A stretch of DNA of 64,000 nucleotides from a virus (Duplodnaviria; Caudoviricetes): positions 20,465 to 84,464 of the IMG/VR virus record IMGVR_UViG_3300025015_000022, one strand, 5' to 3'. The stretch's first letter is position 1; the number at the start of each line of letters is the position of its first letter. Positions 1-9,212 of the stretch are shown here, piece after piece. Under the pieces are notes generated by a model. The model ran no database searches. It was not told where the DNA came from and saw only the letters and a program-made list of their open reading frames with translations. The position numbers were made by a program, and so were the translations under genes.

Positions 1-24
1 GCGGCTGTTGTTGGAGGCCACGCG

Positions 25-231
25 ATGATCAAGCCTGGTGACGAGATCACGGTGAATGGAACGAAGTTGCGAGCGACGTCGGTGAAGATCCCGCTGGCGG
101 AGCGGTCTCCGGTCGGTGGCGCTGACGACCCAGACCGCCCATGGATACGCACCGTGTACGAGAGGAAGCCACGCGTCATCGTGTCGTTCGAGTTCGTGGA
201 CGAAGGAAGTATGCAGACGGTGTACCGATGA
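25..231 (+). CDS. hypothetical protein
   Basis: ORF track; stop overlaps next start (ATGA), typical of phage operon packing. Confidence 0.55.
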   Translation: MIKPGDEITVNGTKLRATSVKIPLAERSPVGGADDPDRPWIRTVYERKPRVIVSFEFVDEGSMQTVYR

Positions 232-419
232 ACCTGACGATCACCTACGCCACCTCGCCGCGCGGTGGGCAGCCGGTGCCGATCTGTACCCACTCGAAGG
301 CCACGCCGTGCGCGCACTACGTCGAGATCCGCGTGCGTGCGTTCAGGGGGCGTTGTGCGAATCTGGGTGCGACGAGCGGGGCCTGCATGATCGCGCCGAT
401 GAAGCCAGCGGGGAGGTGA
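228..419 (+). CDS. small Cys-rich hypothetical protein
   Basis: ATG 228 overlaps upstream stop; frame of ORF 141..419. Confidence 0.45.
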   Translation: MNLTITYATSPRGGQPVPICTHSKATPCAHYVEIRVRAFRGRCANLGATSGACMIAPMKPAGR

Positions 420-682
420 GCGTGCTCGAAGTTCACTGCCCCGTCTGCGGCAAGCTGGCGACGGTCTCGACGGACGCGAAGGTCGTGGTGCAGGGCGTCG
501 TGCTCCTGGCCACGTTCACCGCCAACCACGTGTGCCTCGACGACCACGCCGGCACGGGCAAGACGTGCGCGTCGTGCGTGATGTGGCACGGCTGGAACCC
601 GTGCGAGCCGGCGGGGAGACACACGGGCGCAACCGATGCTGCGTGCCAGGCGTGGCGCGCTGCGCCTGCGTGGAGGGGGTGA
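416..682 (+). CDS. small Cys-rich (CxxC) hypothetical protein
   Basis: GTG 416 after GGAGG; CPVC and CASC pairs. Confidence 0.5.
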   Translation: MSVLEVHCPVCGKLATVSTDAKVVVQGVVLLATFTANHVCLDDHAGTGKTCASCVMWHGWNPCEPAGRHTGATDAACQAWRAAPAWRG

Positions 683-683
683 C

Positions 684-926
684 GTGAAGTCCTACTACCA
701 GCGCGAGCCCGAGATCGCCCACGTCACCCCCCCGCTGATCGCTGGCGCTCCCCGGGGTGCATCGGCGTCCATCCGCTGCGACAACGGGGCGGTGTACGAT
801 CGCTTCGACGATGGTGATGGTGGCCCACTCCAGTCGCGCAGGTGGCGGTGGGAGCGTCGAGAGGGATGCGGTCCACGTGACCCGTGGGGGTCGGTGCTGG
901 GTGGGGTGCAGGGGTCGTTGCTGTAG
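684..926 (+). CDS. hypothetical protein
   Basis: GTG 684 after GGAGGGGG; frame of ORF 636..926. Confidence 0.45.
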   Translation: MKSYYQREPEIAHVTPPLIAGAPRGASASIRCDNGAVYDRFDDGDGGPLQSRRWRWERREGCGPRDPWGSVLGGVQGSLL

Positions 927-1084
927 GCGAGGGAAGTTCTTGACGCGGTGGGTGGGAGGCGTACAGTGCAGGCGTTGGCCCGCTGTTTCACAAGCAATCG
1001 AGCATCCGTCCCCGGTGGAGGTGCCGTCTCACCGGCGGGCCAACCGCCGAAGCCGGGGGCGGGTGCTTTTCCAGCAGGTGTGCG

Positions 1085-1909
1085 ATGAAGCCCTATCTGC
1101 GTTTGGTCGGAGGCAAGAGCAAGCTGGCAGACCGCATCCTGTCCATGATGCCAGCGAGCTTCGAGACATACGTCGAACCGTGCGTGGGTGGTGGCGCGGT
1201 GGCCATGGCGCTGCTATCGGAACCGCCGCGGCGGTTCAAGCGCATGGTGCTCGCGGACGCCAACCCCGACTTGATCTCGGCGTGGTCGGCGGTGAAGTCC
1301 GAGGTCGAGGCCACGATCGCGCTGCTGCGGACGTGGGCGGACACGCCGGAGACGTTCGCGGCGGTGCGTGCACTGGAACCTTGCGACGACGTGACGAGGG
1401 GTGCGCGCTGGGTCTGGCTCAATCGGTGCAGCTTCAACGGGCTCATGCGTCTCAACCGCGCCGGCAAGTTCAACGCTCCGTACGACGCCACCCGTCAGGG
1501 GAAGCGCGACGTGGTGCGGGCGGACCTGCTGCGTGAGGTGTCGCGGGGGCTGAAGGGCGTCGAGATCTGGCAGCTCGACGTGTTGGAGACGCTGTCGAGG
1601 GTTCGCGATGGTTGGTGCGCGTACGTCGATCCACCATACCCGTCGCAGGGGTCGAGCACGGGGGACTTCACCGCGTACACCGCGGGCGGCTTCTCGCTGG
1701 TGCAGCACCGTGAGTTGCGGGATGCGTGCGAGGCGGCCACCGAGCGTGGAGCGCGGGTGGTCGTTAGCATGGGTGCCTGTTTCTACGCCGACAAGCTGTG
1801 GCGCCGGCCGCCGTGGACCGTGTACGACGTCACGATGAGGCGCAACGTGTCGTGCAATGGCGACGGGCGCGGGGCTGTGGGCGAGATGCTCATCACGAGG
1901 GAGGTGTAG
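1085..1909 (+). CDS. dam: DNA adenine methyltransferase, Dam/D12 class
   Basis: Motifs LVGGKSKLA, YVEPCVGGGAV, DANPDLI, LNRCSFNGLMRLNRAGKFNAPY and catalytic YVDPPY. Confidence 0.9.
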   Translation: MKPYLRLVGGKSKLADRILSMMPASFETYVEPCVGGGAVAMALLSEPPRRFKRMVLADANPDLISAWSAVKSEVEATIALLRTWADTPETFAAVRALEPCDDVTRGARWVWLNRCSFNGLMRLNRAGKFNAPYDATRQGKRDVVRADLLREVSRGLKGVEIWQLDVLETLSRVRDGWCAYVDPPYPSQGSSTGDFTAYTAGGFSLVQHRELRDACEAATERGARVVVSMGACFYADKLWRRPPWTVYDVTMRRNVSCNGDGRGAVGEMLITREV

Positions 1910-1911
1910 CG

Positions 1912-3288
1912 ATGCTGAAGCTTACGGACGCGGCGACGCTGAAGCCGTGCTACGTGTTCGAAGAGGTGACGGGCGTGCAGCCGATGCTGGCGTCGACCGC
2001 AGGTGTTGTCCCGCGGGGGTTGGTGGCCACGACGCGGGTGTGGTTCGGCTGCGCGTGCGTCGACGTGCGTGAGTCGGTCGACGAGGTGATCGGGCTGCTG
2101 GCAGCGGAGAGGTCGCGTGCGATGGAGTCGTCGCACGGACGCAGCGGCACCACGTATGTGTGCGATGGCGACGACCCCACGAAGCCCTGCGACGACGTGA
2201 TGGTTCCCGCGTGGCTGCACAACCGCGTGACGGGGATGGCCAAGGCGATCACCGACATCCTCGACCTGGCCAACGACTGCAAGCCCGGGGAGGCGTCGGC
2301 GTGGTCGCTGGACGACCCCGAGGCGGTGGTGCGGATGGTGTGCGAGCGGATGGTGCGGCGCGACGAAGCGCTTGTGGACGGCGCGACGCACAAGACGCTC
2401 GGTGGCTACGAGAAGATGCGCCAGGCGCTCGACGACATCTGGTCGCTGATCATGGGCGTTGGAACGGACCGCTGGCATAAACCGCAGGACGTGATCGACG
2501 AGGTGCTGCATCTGGTGGGCACGAATGATGACCTGGACGCGCGGACGAAGGCAGACGGTCACGCCGGCTGTACCACCTGCTCCACCCCGACCTGCCTGCA
2601 CGACAACGGCTGCGCGCACGGCCACGTGGCCAACGACGTGCCGGCGGCGACGGAGCGCGAGCCCGTGCTGCACGACATCACGGTCGAAGAGGCTGCGCTG
2701 GCCGCCACCTACGAGCGGAACGCGCGCCCTGGCTGCTACACCACCGAGCCCGTGAGCGCCCACGCTTGCAAGGGCTACGGCGACACGCGGTGCGATGGGT
2801 GCACGGGGCTGGCGACGGAAGCCGACCCCTTCGTGGGCGTCGACGTTGGCGCCAACGGTGCGCGCGTGGAAGCGGAGCCCGTGCTGCCCGACTGCGACGA
2901 CGGGGAGCCGCCGGTGCTTACGCTGCAAGCGTCGGAGATCGCGCGCGGGCTGAGCGATCACGCGAGCACGGTGGTCAAGCTGCTGGCTGACTGCGGTCCG
3001 CAGACGGAGTTGCGGATCTTGGGCAGCGTGTTCGGCGTGACGGTTGGCGAGATGGATCGCGGAGACTTCAACCGTGTGGGCGTCAGCGGACTGGAGAACG
3101 AGAAGGCGCGGGCGTTCCAAGCCACGTGGTCGGTGTTGGAGGATTGGCAGGCGTTCCAAGCGCCAGGCGTCAATGCGCTGGTGCAGTCGGTTGACCCGCT
3201 GCCGCACGACGTCGGCAAGCCGCTGATGGACCGCTGGACGTTGACGGCGCTGGGCCGCGAGGTCGCTCGCGTGTTGGCGAGGGCGTGA
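1912..3288 (+). CDS. mosaic hypothetical protein, possible FlbD-like N-terminus
   Basis: ATG 1912 after GGAGG; N-terminus MLKLT...VDVRESVDEVIGLL resembles FlbD-like small domains. Confidence 0.6.
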   Translation: MLKLTDAATLKPCYVFEEVTGVQPMLASTAGVVPRGLVATTRVWFGCACVDVRESVDEVIGLLAAERSRAMESSHGRSGTTYVCDGDDPTKPCDDVMVPAWLHNRVTGMAKAITDILDLANDCKPGEASAWSLDDPEAVVRMVCERMVRRDEALVDGATHKTLGGYEKMRQALDDIWSLIMGVGTDRWHKPQDVIDEVLHLVGTNDDLDARTKADGHAGCTTCSTPTCLHDNGCAHGHVANDVPAATEREPVLHDITVEEAALAATYERNARPGCYTTEPVSAHACKGYGDTRCDGCTGLATEADPFVGVDVGANGARVEAEPVLPDCDDGEPPVLTLQASEIARGLSDHASTVVKLLADCGPQTELRILGSVFGVTVGEMDRGDFNRVGVSGLENEKARAFQATWSVLEDWQAFQAPGVNALVQSVDPLPHDVGKPLMDRWTLTALGREVARVLARA

Positions 3289-3581
3289 TGGGCTGTAGTG
3301 GCAATCCTGCGCTGGCGACGTTGACGGGCGTGGCGATCGGGCTGGCGATCTTCCTCGCGGCGATCGGGCTGGTGTTCTTGATGGTCGAGGTGTCGCGGTG
3401 GCTGCCGCGTGACGTTCGGCGCATCATGCCACCGGTCGACGCACCGGCCACCGTGCGGTTGTCGCAGACGCGCTGCTCGTGCGGACGGACGGCCAAGAAC
3501 GGCAAGACGCAGTGCGGGCTATGCTCCCGTGGCGAGCGCTACTGCGCACCGATCGGCGGGCAGCCCGTGGGAGGTAGTTGA
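3288..3581 (+). CDS. membrane-anchored protein with C-terminal Cys cluster
   Basis: Hydrophobic helix GVAIGLAIFLAAIGLVFLMV; CSCG...CGLC. Confidence 0.6.
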   Translation: MGCSGNPALATLTGVAIGLAIFLAAIGLVFLMVEVSRWLPRDVRRIMPPVDAPATVRLSQTRCSCGRTAKNGKTQCGLCSRGERYCAPIGGQPVGGS

Positions 3582-3703
3582 TGATGTACGATCCGCTGAT
3601 GGCCGAGTGGACGGGCTACGCTGGCGTCTTGGCGGTGGGCGCGTGTGCGATCGGGCTCGTGGCGCTGGGCGTGCACGTCTGGCGGCAGTGGGGTGTGTGG
3701 TGA
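3581..3703 (+). CDS. 40-aa single-TM peptide (below ORF-track cutoff)
   Basis: GGAGG upstream, ATG 3581; MMYDPLMAEWTGYAGVLAVGACAIGLVALGVHVWRQWGVW, stop TGA 3701-3703. Confidence 0.5.
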   Translation: MMYDPLMAEWTGYAGVLAVGACAIGLVALGVHVWRQWGVW

Positions 3704-3733
3704 TCGATGGGTGGACCGTTTTAGGGGGTGACG

Positions 3734-3973
3734 ATGACGGGGTGGCTGTCTCCATCGGGCGTGCTGACGACGTGTGCGCCGAGCGACAAGGTACAGCGGG
3801 CGTGCGAGATTGCGCGACCGGTTGACGTGGCGAACGCCGTTGACCGGATGGAGCGCGCCGGCTGGCTGTGGGTCGAGGGTGTCGTCGATGCGGCGCGCTT
3901 CAACAACGCCACCGACGACCAGCGGTGGGTGCTACGAGCCGAGCGCAAGCGGCTGAGGGGTGGCCAGCGATGA
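3734..3973 (+). CDS. hypothetical protein
   Basis: ORF track; G-rich RBS; stop overlaps next ATG. Confidence 0.5.
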   Translation: MTGWLSPSGVLTTCAPSDKVQRACEIARPVDVANAVDRMERAGWLWVEGVVDAARFNNATDDQRWVLRAERKRLRGGQR

Positions 3974-4236
3974 ACGGTAACAAGAAGGAACGGGCGAAGG
4001 CTGAAGCACTGGCGACCCGCAAGCTGGCGTGCACGTGCGAGTGCGACGGTCCAGAGTGCGATCGCGCGTGGTGGGCTCCTGCTGACACGGTGAACCAGCA
4101 TATCGAGTTCGACTGCGACCGGATGACGCTGCGAGCGGAGCCGGACGGGCGTGTGGTGTGCATCGCGAGGCACGAGGAACGGATCGCAGACGACAGCGAC
4201 GAGGCGCCCGACGCGGACGACCTCGCGGCGCTGTAG
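3970..4236 (+). CDS. hypothetical protein with Cys cluster
   Basis: ATG 3970 overlaps upstream TGA; CTCECDGPEC. Confidence 0.5.
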   Translation: MNGNKKERAKAEALATRKLACTCECDGPECDRAWWAPADTVNQHIEFDCDRMTLRAEPDGRVVCIARHEERIADDSDEAPDADDLAAL

Positions 4237-4239
4237 GGG

Positions 4240-4389
4240 ATGATCGTGGACGATCGAAACGACATCGAAGTTGCGTGGCCATGGTGGCAGGCGATCTTGC
4301 TGTTCGCGCTCATCGTGCTATGCGCTGGGACGCCTGACCTGCTGGACGCGATCATCGAAGTGGTGCGGTCATGGGCGACGTGCAGATAA
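4240..4389 (+). CDS. 49-aa single-TM peptide (below ORF-track cutoff)
   Basis: ATG 4240; MIVDDRNDIEVAWPWWQAILLFALIVLCAG..., stop TAA 4387-4389; fills the gap between neighbouring ORFs. Confidence 0.45.
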   Translation: MIVDDRNDIEVAWPWWQAILLFALIVLCAGTPDLLDAIIEVVRSWATCR

Positions 4390-4691
4390 CCCCCGCCACC
4401 GTCTCGACGCTCGCGACGTGCCAGCACTGCCAGTCGACCCTGCGCGTGTTCGACCAGGGGCCCGCTGGTCGTCACGGCCACCGGTACGCGGCGGTCTGCA
4501 CGCGCTGCGGGGTGGGGTTGGAGTTCGTGGTGACGGGGGTGGCTGGGGAGCCGGCGCACGAGCGGGCCCGCGAGGCGATGCTGCGCGGGGCGTTCACGCG
4601 GGCGGCGGTGCAGGTGGCGATCGGGAGGGGGATGCGCGGGGATCTGGCGTGGCTTGCGGGAAGTGTCGAGAGCGTGGGAGGTGGTGCGTGA
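4371..4691 (+). CDS. zinc-ribbon protein
   Basis: CQHC...CTRC pairs. Confidence 0.55.
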   Translation: MGDVQITPATVSTLATCQHCQSTLRVFDQGPAGRHGHRYAAVCTRCGVGLEFVVTGVAGEPAHERAREAMLRGAFTRAAVQVAIGRGMRGDLAWLAGSVESVGGGA

Positions 4692-4960
4692 GGAAGGACT
4701 TTCTCGACATGCGGTACGTGTGCGGGTGGGATGAAGTGAGCGACGGCCGTGTGGAAGCCATCCGCACGGCGGGTGGAGCGTGGCGGGCTGGCGACGGGCT
4801 CATGGCGCTGACCGACGCGTGGCCGCTGGCGTTCCTGCCGATCCGAGTCGTTGCGGTGCTTCTGCGCCACGTGGGGATCGAAGCGCTGATGAAGCTGCGT
4901 CGCGTGCAGAGCGACGAGTGGGATCGCAGGCGTTCCGCACGGAAGTCGGCGCGAGCATGA
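4688..4960 (+). CDS. hypothetical protein
   Basis: GTG 4688 overlaps upstream stop; frame of ORF 4271..4960. Confidence 0.45.
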   Translation: MRKDFLDMRYVCGWDEVSDGRVEAIRTAGGAWRAGDGLMALTDAWPLAFLPIRVVAVLLRHVGIEALMKLRRVQSDEWDRRRSARKSARA

Positions 4961-5226
4961 GCAACGCCAAGGGGATGCAGGCGAAGCACGTACCAGACGA
5001 CCCCGTGCTGGTGTTCATCGCCGAGCACGCGACGGCCACGTACAGCGAACCGATCTACGACAACAGCGTGCTGCACGCGATGCCAGAGGGGACGCCGCTG
5101 AAGGTGGCGCTGGCGAAGATGAACGCGCTGATACGGCGAGGGCTGGTCGACGGGTGCGGTTGCGGGTGCATGGGTAGCTTCACGCTGACAGACACAGGCA
5201 AGAGGCGAATCGAGGTGACACCATGA
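4957..5226 (+). CDS. winged-helix-like hypothetical protein
   Basis: KMNALIRRGLVDGCGCGCMGSFTLTDTG resembles a wHTH wing. Confidence 0.55.
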   Translation: MSNAKGMQAKHVPDDPVLVFIAEHATATYSEPIYDNSVLHAMPEGTPLKVALAKMNALIRRGLVDGCGCGCMGSFTLTDTGKRRIEVTP

Positions 5227-5471
5227 CCCGCGACGAGTGGAACGCCCTGGTTGCCCGCTACACCTACGCGCTCACCACGCGCGTGAACACGCACGACCCG
5301 GCGCTGCTGCCGGCTCGCGACCTGGCGGTGGCCGACGCGCTGCTGGCGGTGCTGGAAGGCGAGCGACGGCTGCGGGAGGCTGGTCGCGGAACCTGCTTGA
5401 ACTGCGCCACCGAGCCATGCACCGACCTTGAAAACCTACGGGACTGCGAAGACTGGACGAGGCAGCCATGA
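5223..5471 (+). CDS. hypothetical protein
   Basis: ORF track; overlapping start/stop. Confidence 0.5.
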   Translation: MTRDEWNALVARYTYALTTRVNTHDPALLPARDLAVADALLAVLEGERRLREAGRGTCLNCATEPCTDLENLRDCEDWTRQP

Positions 5472-5773
5472 GCCGCTCTCGCAAGCGCGTCGCAGTCCAC
5501 GCCAACGCCACGGGAGCGCACCCCGACGACGGGAAGCGGGTCACGTCCCGCCAGCTACGCAGGAAGGCGCACGTGGCACTTCTGGACTCCACTGACCCGG
5601 GGCACGTGGACGACCCTCGCGACAAGGTGAGGGGCAAGGCGGGCTCGCGGTCGCGCGATTGGGGTGCGCTGTACTTCGGCGACGGGCTGGCGCACTACTG
5701 GACGCGACACCGGCTGTCGAACCGATCGGACGAAGACTACGCCGCGTTCGTCGCGCGGCTGCGGAGGAAGTGA
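5468..5773 (+). CDS. basic hypothetical protein
   Basis: ORF track; Arg/Lys-rich; overlapping start/stop. Confidence 0.5.
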   Translation: MSRSRKRVAVHANATGAHPDDGKRVTSRQLRRKAHVALLDSTDPGHVDDPRDKVRGKAGSRSRDWGALYFGDGLAHYWTRHRLSNRSDEDYAAFVARLRRK

Positions 5774-5776
5774 GGG

Positions 5777-6208
5777 ATGATCGCCGCGCTGCTCCTCTCG
5801 CTCCTCCTCTACGAGCCCGGAGCGCCGTCGCTACCCCAACGGCTGTACCGTGGCGCGATCGTGGCTCGCGAGTGCGAGGCGGTGGGGGTGCACCCGGTGG
5901 AGTGCGTGGCCACGGCATGGGTCGAGTCGCGGTTCAAGCAGGGGGTCGTGAGCAAGGCGGGCTGCCGTGGCATGCTTCAAGTCTGCGGACGGTATGCCAG
6001 CGCAGACCTGGTGGTCAACGCTCGCCAGGGGGCAGCGAAGCTCGCGGAGTGCCACGAAGCGTTGCCCGCTCACCCCTGGCGCTGCTACTCGTGCTCGACG
6101 GCGGGAGCCAGGAGTGGCAAGGCGGGGTGCCGCTTGCACGAGCGCCGGGTGCGTGCGACGATAGCGAGGGTGGGGTGGCTACTGCGGTGGGCGGGTGGCG
6201 AAGTCTGA
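5777..6208 (+). CDS. lytic transglycosylase (SLT-like) with N-terminal signal/anchor
   Basis: ATAWVESRF (catalytic Glu-Ser), SKAGCRGMLQV (GLMQ-like), NARQGAAKL; hydrophobic N-terminus. Confidence 0.75.
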   Translation: MIAALLLSLLLYEPGAPSLPQRLYRGAIVARECEAVGVHPVECVATAWVESRFKQGVVSKAGCRGMLQVCGRYASADLVVNARQGAAKLAECHEALPAHPWRCYSCSTAGARSGKAGCRLHERRVRATIARVGWLLRWAGGEV

Positions 6209-6222
6209 GACGGGGGGATTCG

Positions 6223-7698
6223 ATGGCGTACGACATGAGCCCGGTGGCGTTGGTATCTTGGCTGCGAGCACGTGCGCGTGGCTGCCGCACCGAGGCGGAC
6301 CACCTCGACGCCGCAGCGGATCGGCTGGTGATGCTGGCGGATCGCGTGGTATCGGTGCCCACGGTGCAGCGCGAGGTCGCGGAGGTGCCGTTGCCATCGA
6401 AGCTGACGGTTACGCACGTAGAGGCCACCGTGCCACGTGTCGTCACCGCCATCCCGCACGCGCCCACTCCACCCATCGAAACCAGCGCGATGACCGCCGA
6501 CGAGGTGTGCCGGCGCCTGGGCTGCGCTGGCCACTACATCACCCCGCTCACGAAGCACGGGATCATCGTCCGCAGCGATCACGTGGGTCGCATGGGCTCG
6601 GTGCTGTTCGATCGCGAGTCGGTGGAGCAAGCCCGGGGGACGTGGCACGCGCGGCTGCTGAAGGCTGCACCCTCCGTCGAGCCACCCGCGCCGGCCACGG
6701 AACCCACGCAGACCGTGGACACCATGAGTGCCGTCGACGTGGCTGAGTTGCTGGGCTGCTCGCGAGCGTACGTCACGATCATGCTTCAGCACGGGGTGAT
6801 CACGGGGACGAAGATCGCCACGAAGACCGGCGGCTACTGGCGCATCGACAAGCCCTCGGTGGACGCGGTGCGCGATGGTGACGCGTGGCGTGGGCTGCTG
6901 AAGGCGGCGATGGAGCGGGCGAAGGTGGAGAGGAGCGAGCGGCTGGCGGGGCGCGTTCCCGTGGTCGAATCGACACCTGCACCGACGCTCGTACCTGCGA
7001 TCCCTGGACCCGTCGTCACTGCGAGTCTCCCGCCGGTGGACGAAGCAGACCACAACGGCCCGCAGAGCGCGGTTGCTGAAACGTCCGATCCGGTGGCTGC
7101 GAAGGCGCCGAACTGGCGCACGGGCCCCACGATCCCGGACGGCCACAATGGGCGGGTGCAAGCCGCGTTGCACCTCGGGATCTCGGTGAAGCACCTCGAC
7201 AAGCTCGTAGCGGGTGGCGTCGTGCGTGTGGCGCGCGAGGGGCGCCCCGGGCTGGCGACGCTCATCACCGATGCGGAGGTGGCGCGGGTGAAGGCGCTCG
7301 GACCCGAGGCGCTGGCATTGCTCCCGGGCGAGCGCGGGCCGGACCAACCAGCCAACCCCACGAAGCACGTCGACGACTCGGGTTGCAAGCCGCGCGCACC
7401 CGTGCACCGCCAGAAGCCCACCAACTACTGCGATCCCGTCGAGCCCTTCCCCGAGGGCCCCACGGTGACCTCGCTGGCGCTCGTCATGCGCTGGGGACTC
7501 ACCATGCGGCAGTTGCGAGCGATCATCGCGGAGGGCTGGGTGCGAGCCAACGGTGACGGCGAGGTGCTGGAAGCCGACGCGCTGTGGTTCGAGAAGGGGA
7601 CGGGGCCCGGCTCGCTGCGCCAGTGGAAGAAGGACAACGTGGGCAAGGGCTACGGCAGCACCGCAACGTCGTCTCTCGGTGGCCAGGAGATCGGTTGA
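6223..7698 (+). CDS. DNA-binding protein with four excisionase/MerR-like HTH domains
   Basis: Repeated motifs MTADEVCRRLGC, MSAVDVAELLGCS, GRVQAALHLGIS, VTSLALVMRWGLT, separated by Pro/Ala-rich linkers. Confidence 0.7.
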   Translation: MAYDMSPVALVSWLRARARGCRTEADHLDAAADRLVMLADRVVSVPTVQREVAEVPLPSKLTVTHVEATVPRVVTAIPHAPTPPIETSAMTADEVCRRLGCAGHYITPLTKHGIIVRSDHVGRMGSVLFDRESVEQARGTWHARLLKAAPSVEPPAPATEPTQTVDTMSAVDVAELLGCSRAYVTIMLQHGVITGTKIATKTGGYWRIDKPSVDAVRDGDAWRGLLKAAMERAKVERSERLAGRVPVVESTPAPTLVPAIPGPVVTASLPPVDEADHNGPQSAVAETSDPVAAKAPNWRTGPTIPDGHNGRVQAALHLGISVKHLDKLVAGGVVRVAREGRPGLATLITDAEVARVKALGPEALALLPGERGPDQPANPTKHVDDSGCKPRAPVHRQKPTNYCDPVEPFPEGPTVTSLALVMRWGLTMRQLRAIIAEGWVRANGDGEVLEADALWFEKGTGPGSLRQWKKDNVGKGYGSTATSSLGGQEIG

Positions 7699-7700
7699 CC

Positions 7701-7931
7701 ATGCGGCACTACGGCGATCGCTCCATGGCTGGCGAGGTGGTGGGTGCAGTCGTCGAGGCTGCGTGGTACGTGGCGAGCGAGGCTGTGGGGCTGGCTGTCG
7801 CTGGGGCGGTCGCGATGATCGCTGCACCGCCGATCCTGGCGATCGTGGTTTGGGATCGCTGGCAGGCTCGGGCGAGCCGCGAGGCGTTGAAGCGTAGGAC
7901 GAGCGCCGCCGGGCATACCGCTCGGGGCTGA
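7701..7931 (+). CDS. small membrane protein
   Basis: Hydrophobic stretch AVGLAVAGAVAMIAAPPILAIVVW; start uncertain. Confidence 0.4.
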   Translation: MRHYGDRSMAGEVVGAVVEAAWYVASEAVGLAVAGAVAMIAAPPILAIVVWDRWQARASREALKRRTSAAGHTARG

Positions 7932-7948
7932 ACGTGGAGGGTACTACG

Positions 7949-8401
7949 ATGCGACACACGACGATGGACATGCAGACGAGCGCGACGATCGTGATCCGGC
8001 TCGACGACGGCTCGAAGGTCGGGTTCAACGGGGGGCCGCTCGACTACACGCCGGACCAGGGGCTCGACTTCGAGCGCAGGCTGGAGGAGATGGGCCCGGT
8101 CGATGCGTGCGCCTACCTGGACCAAAACGGCTGGACGCGCTTCGGTGTCGAGCAGGAGCCGTGCACCGACCATCCCGTGCCCCGCGATCGGGCCGAGGCG
8201 GCCCTGCGCTTCCTGATCGCTCGCCTGAGCCTGGAGGCACTGGACCGGTCGTCGCGGGCTGGCTTGGCGGCGATTCTCGACAGGTGCCCGTGGGGGTGCC
8301 CGCACGGAGACCGCTGCACGCTTGGCCTGGGGCACGAGGGCGGTCACAACTTCACGAAGTGCGGCTGCAACGAGCCGCTGGTGGACACGCGCCAGGCGTG
8401 A
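7949..8401 (+). CDS. hypothetical protein
   Basis: ATG after GGAGGG; C-terminal Cys/His cluster. Confidence 0.55.
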   Translation: MRHTTMDMQTSATIVIRLDDGSKVGFNGGPLDYTPDQGLDFERRLEEMGPVDACAYLDQNGWTRFGVEQEPCTDHPVPRDRAEAALRFLIARLSLEALDRSSRAGLAAILDRCPWGCPHGDRCTLGLGHEGGHNFTKCGCNEPLVDTRQA

Positions 8402-8426
8402 CGCCGGCGCTTGAAAGGAAAGGACG

Positions 8427-8648
8427 ATGGGCGACGTGGCGAAGAATCTAGGCCATCGTATTCATGCTCGCGAGATCGGTAAGCGACTCGGCGTGGCGAC
8501 GAACACCGTGATCAATCTCTGCAAGGCGGGGAAGGGCCCGAGGCACGTTCGGCTTCCACCTGCGAACGATGGCGGCAACACGACGTGGCTTTTCTATGAA
8601 GCTGACGTCGATGCATGGATCTTGAAGCACACAGTGGAGGAGGGCTAA
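8427..8648 (+). CDS. AlpA/excisionase-like HTH protein
   Basis: IHAREIGKRLGVATNTVINLCKAGKGPRHVRL...WLFYEADVDAWI. Confidence 0.8.
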   Translation: MGDVAKNLGHRIHAREIGKRLGVATNTVINLCKAGKGPRHVRLPPANDGGNTTWLFYEADVDAWILKHTVEEG

Positions 8649-8651
8649 TCG

Positions 8652-9200
8652 TTGAAGCGAACGACCGAGACGAAGTGCCCGCTGTGCGGAGTGTTCTTCG
8701 AGGTGACGTTCGGAGAACTACACGTGGCGGAAGGCCGCGACGAGCGCGTGGTCGCGATGCGCCTGCGCTGCCCAGGCTGCGGCATGGGTGATCGCGTGGC
8801 GGACGCGGAGTTCGTCGAGAGCATGCCAGTCGAGGAGCAGCAGTGGGCCGTCGAGATGCTGTGCGAGACGGTCTTGCGCGACCTGGCAGACGAAGCGGAG
8901 GATCAGCGCGTCGACGAACGAAGGCGGGGTTGCTGTGGCGCCATCTGCTACAGCGACGGCAAGTTCACGTGCTCCAACGGCGCGACGGGCCAATTCCACG
9001 GTAAGACGGCGGGCAGGTTGACCGTCGCATTGCCGGGCTGCGCTCCGTTCGACGCGCCCGGATGCAATTCCGAGCCTGGCGTGTTCACCATCGAAGCCGC
9101 CCGGGTCGTCATGCGCGCGGTCAACGCCGTCTCCCCCGAGGTGGCGTGCTCCATTCTCGACGTGCCCGGTGGGTACGCGGCGGTGAAGCTGGGCGAGTAG
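8652..9200 (+). CDS. Cys-rich hypothetical protein
   Basis: CPLC and CPGC pairs; TTG start. Confidence 0.5.
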   Translation: MKRTTETKCPLCGVFFEVTFGELHVAEGRDERVVAMRLRCPGCGMGDRVADAEFVESMPVEEQQWAVEMLCETVLRDLADEAEDQRVDERRRGCCGAICYSDGKFTCSNGATGQFHGKTAGRLTVALPGCAPFDAPGCNSEPGVFTIEAARVVMRAVNAVSPEVACSILDVPGGYAAVKLGE

Positions 9201-9212
9201 CAGGGGGCACAC

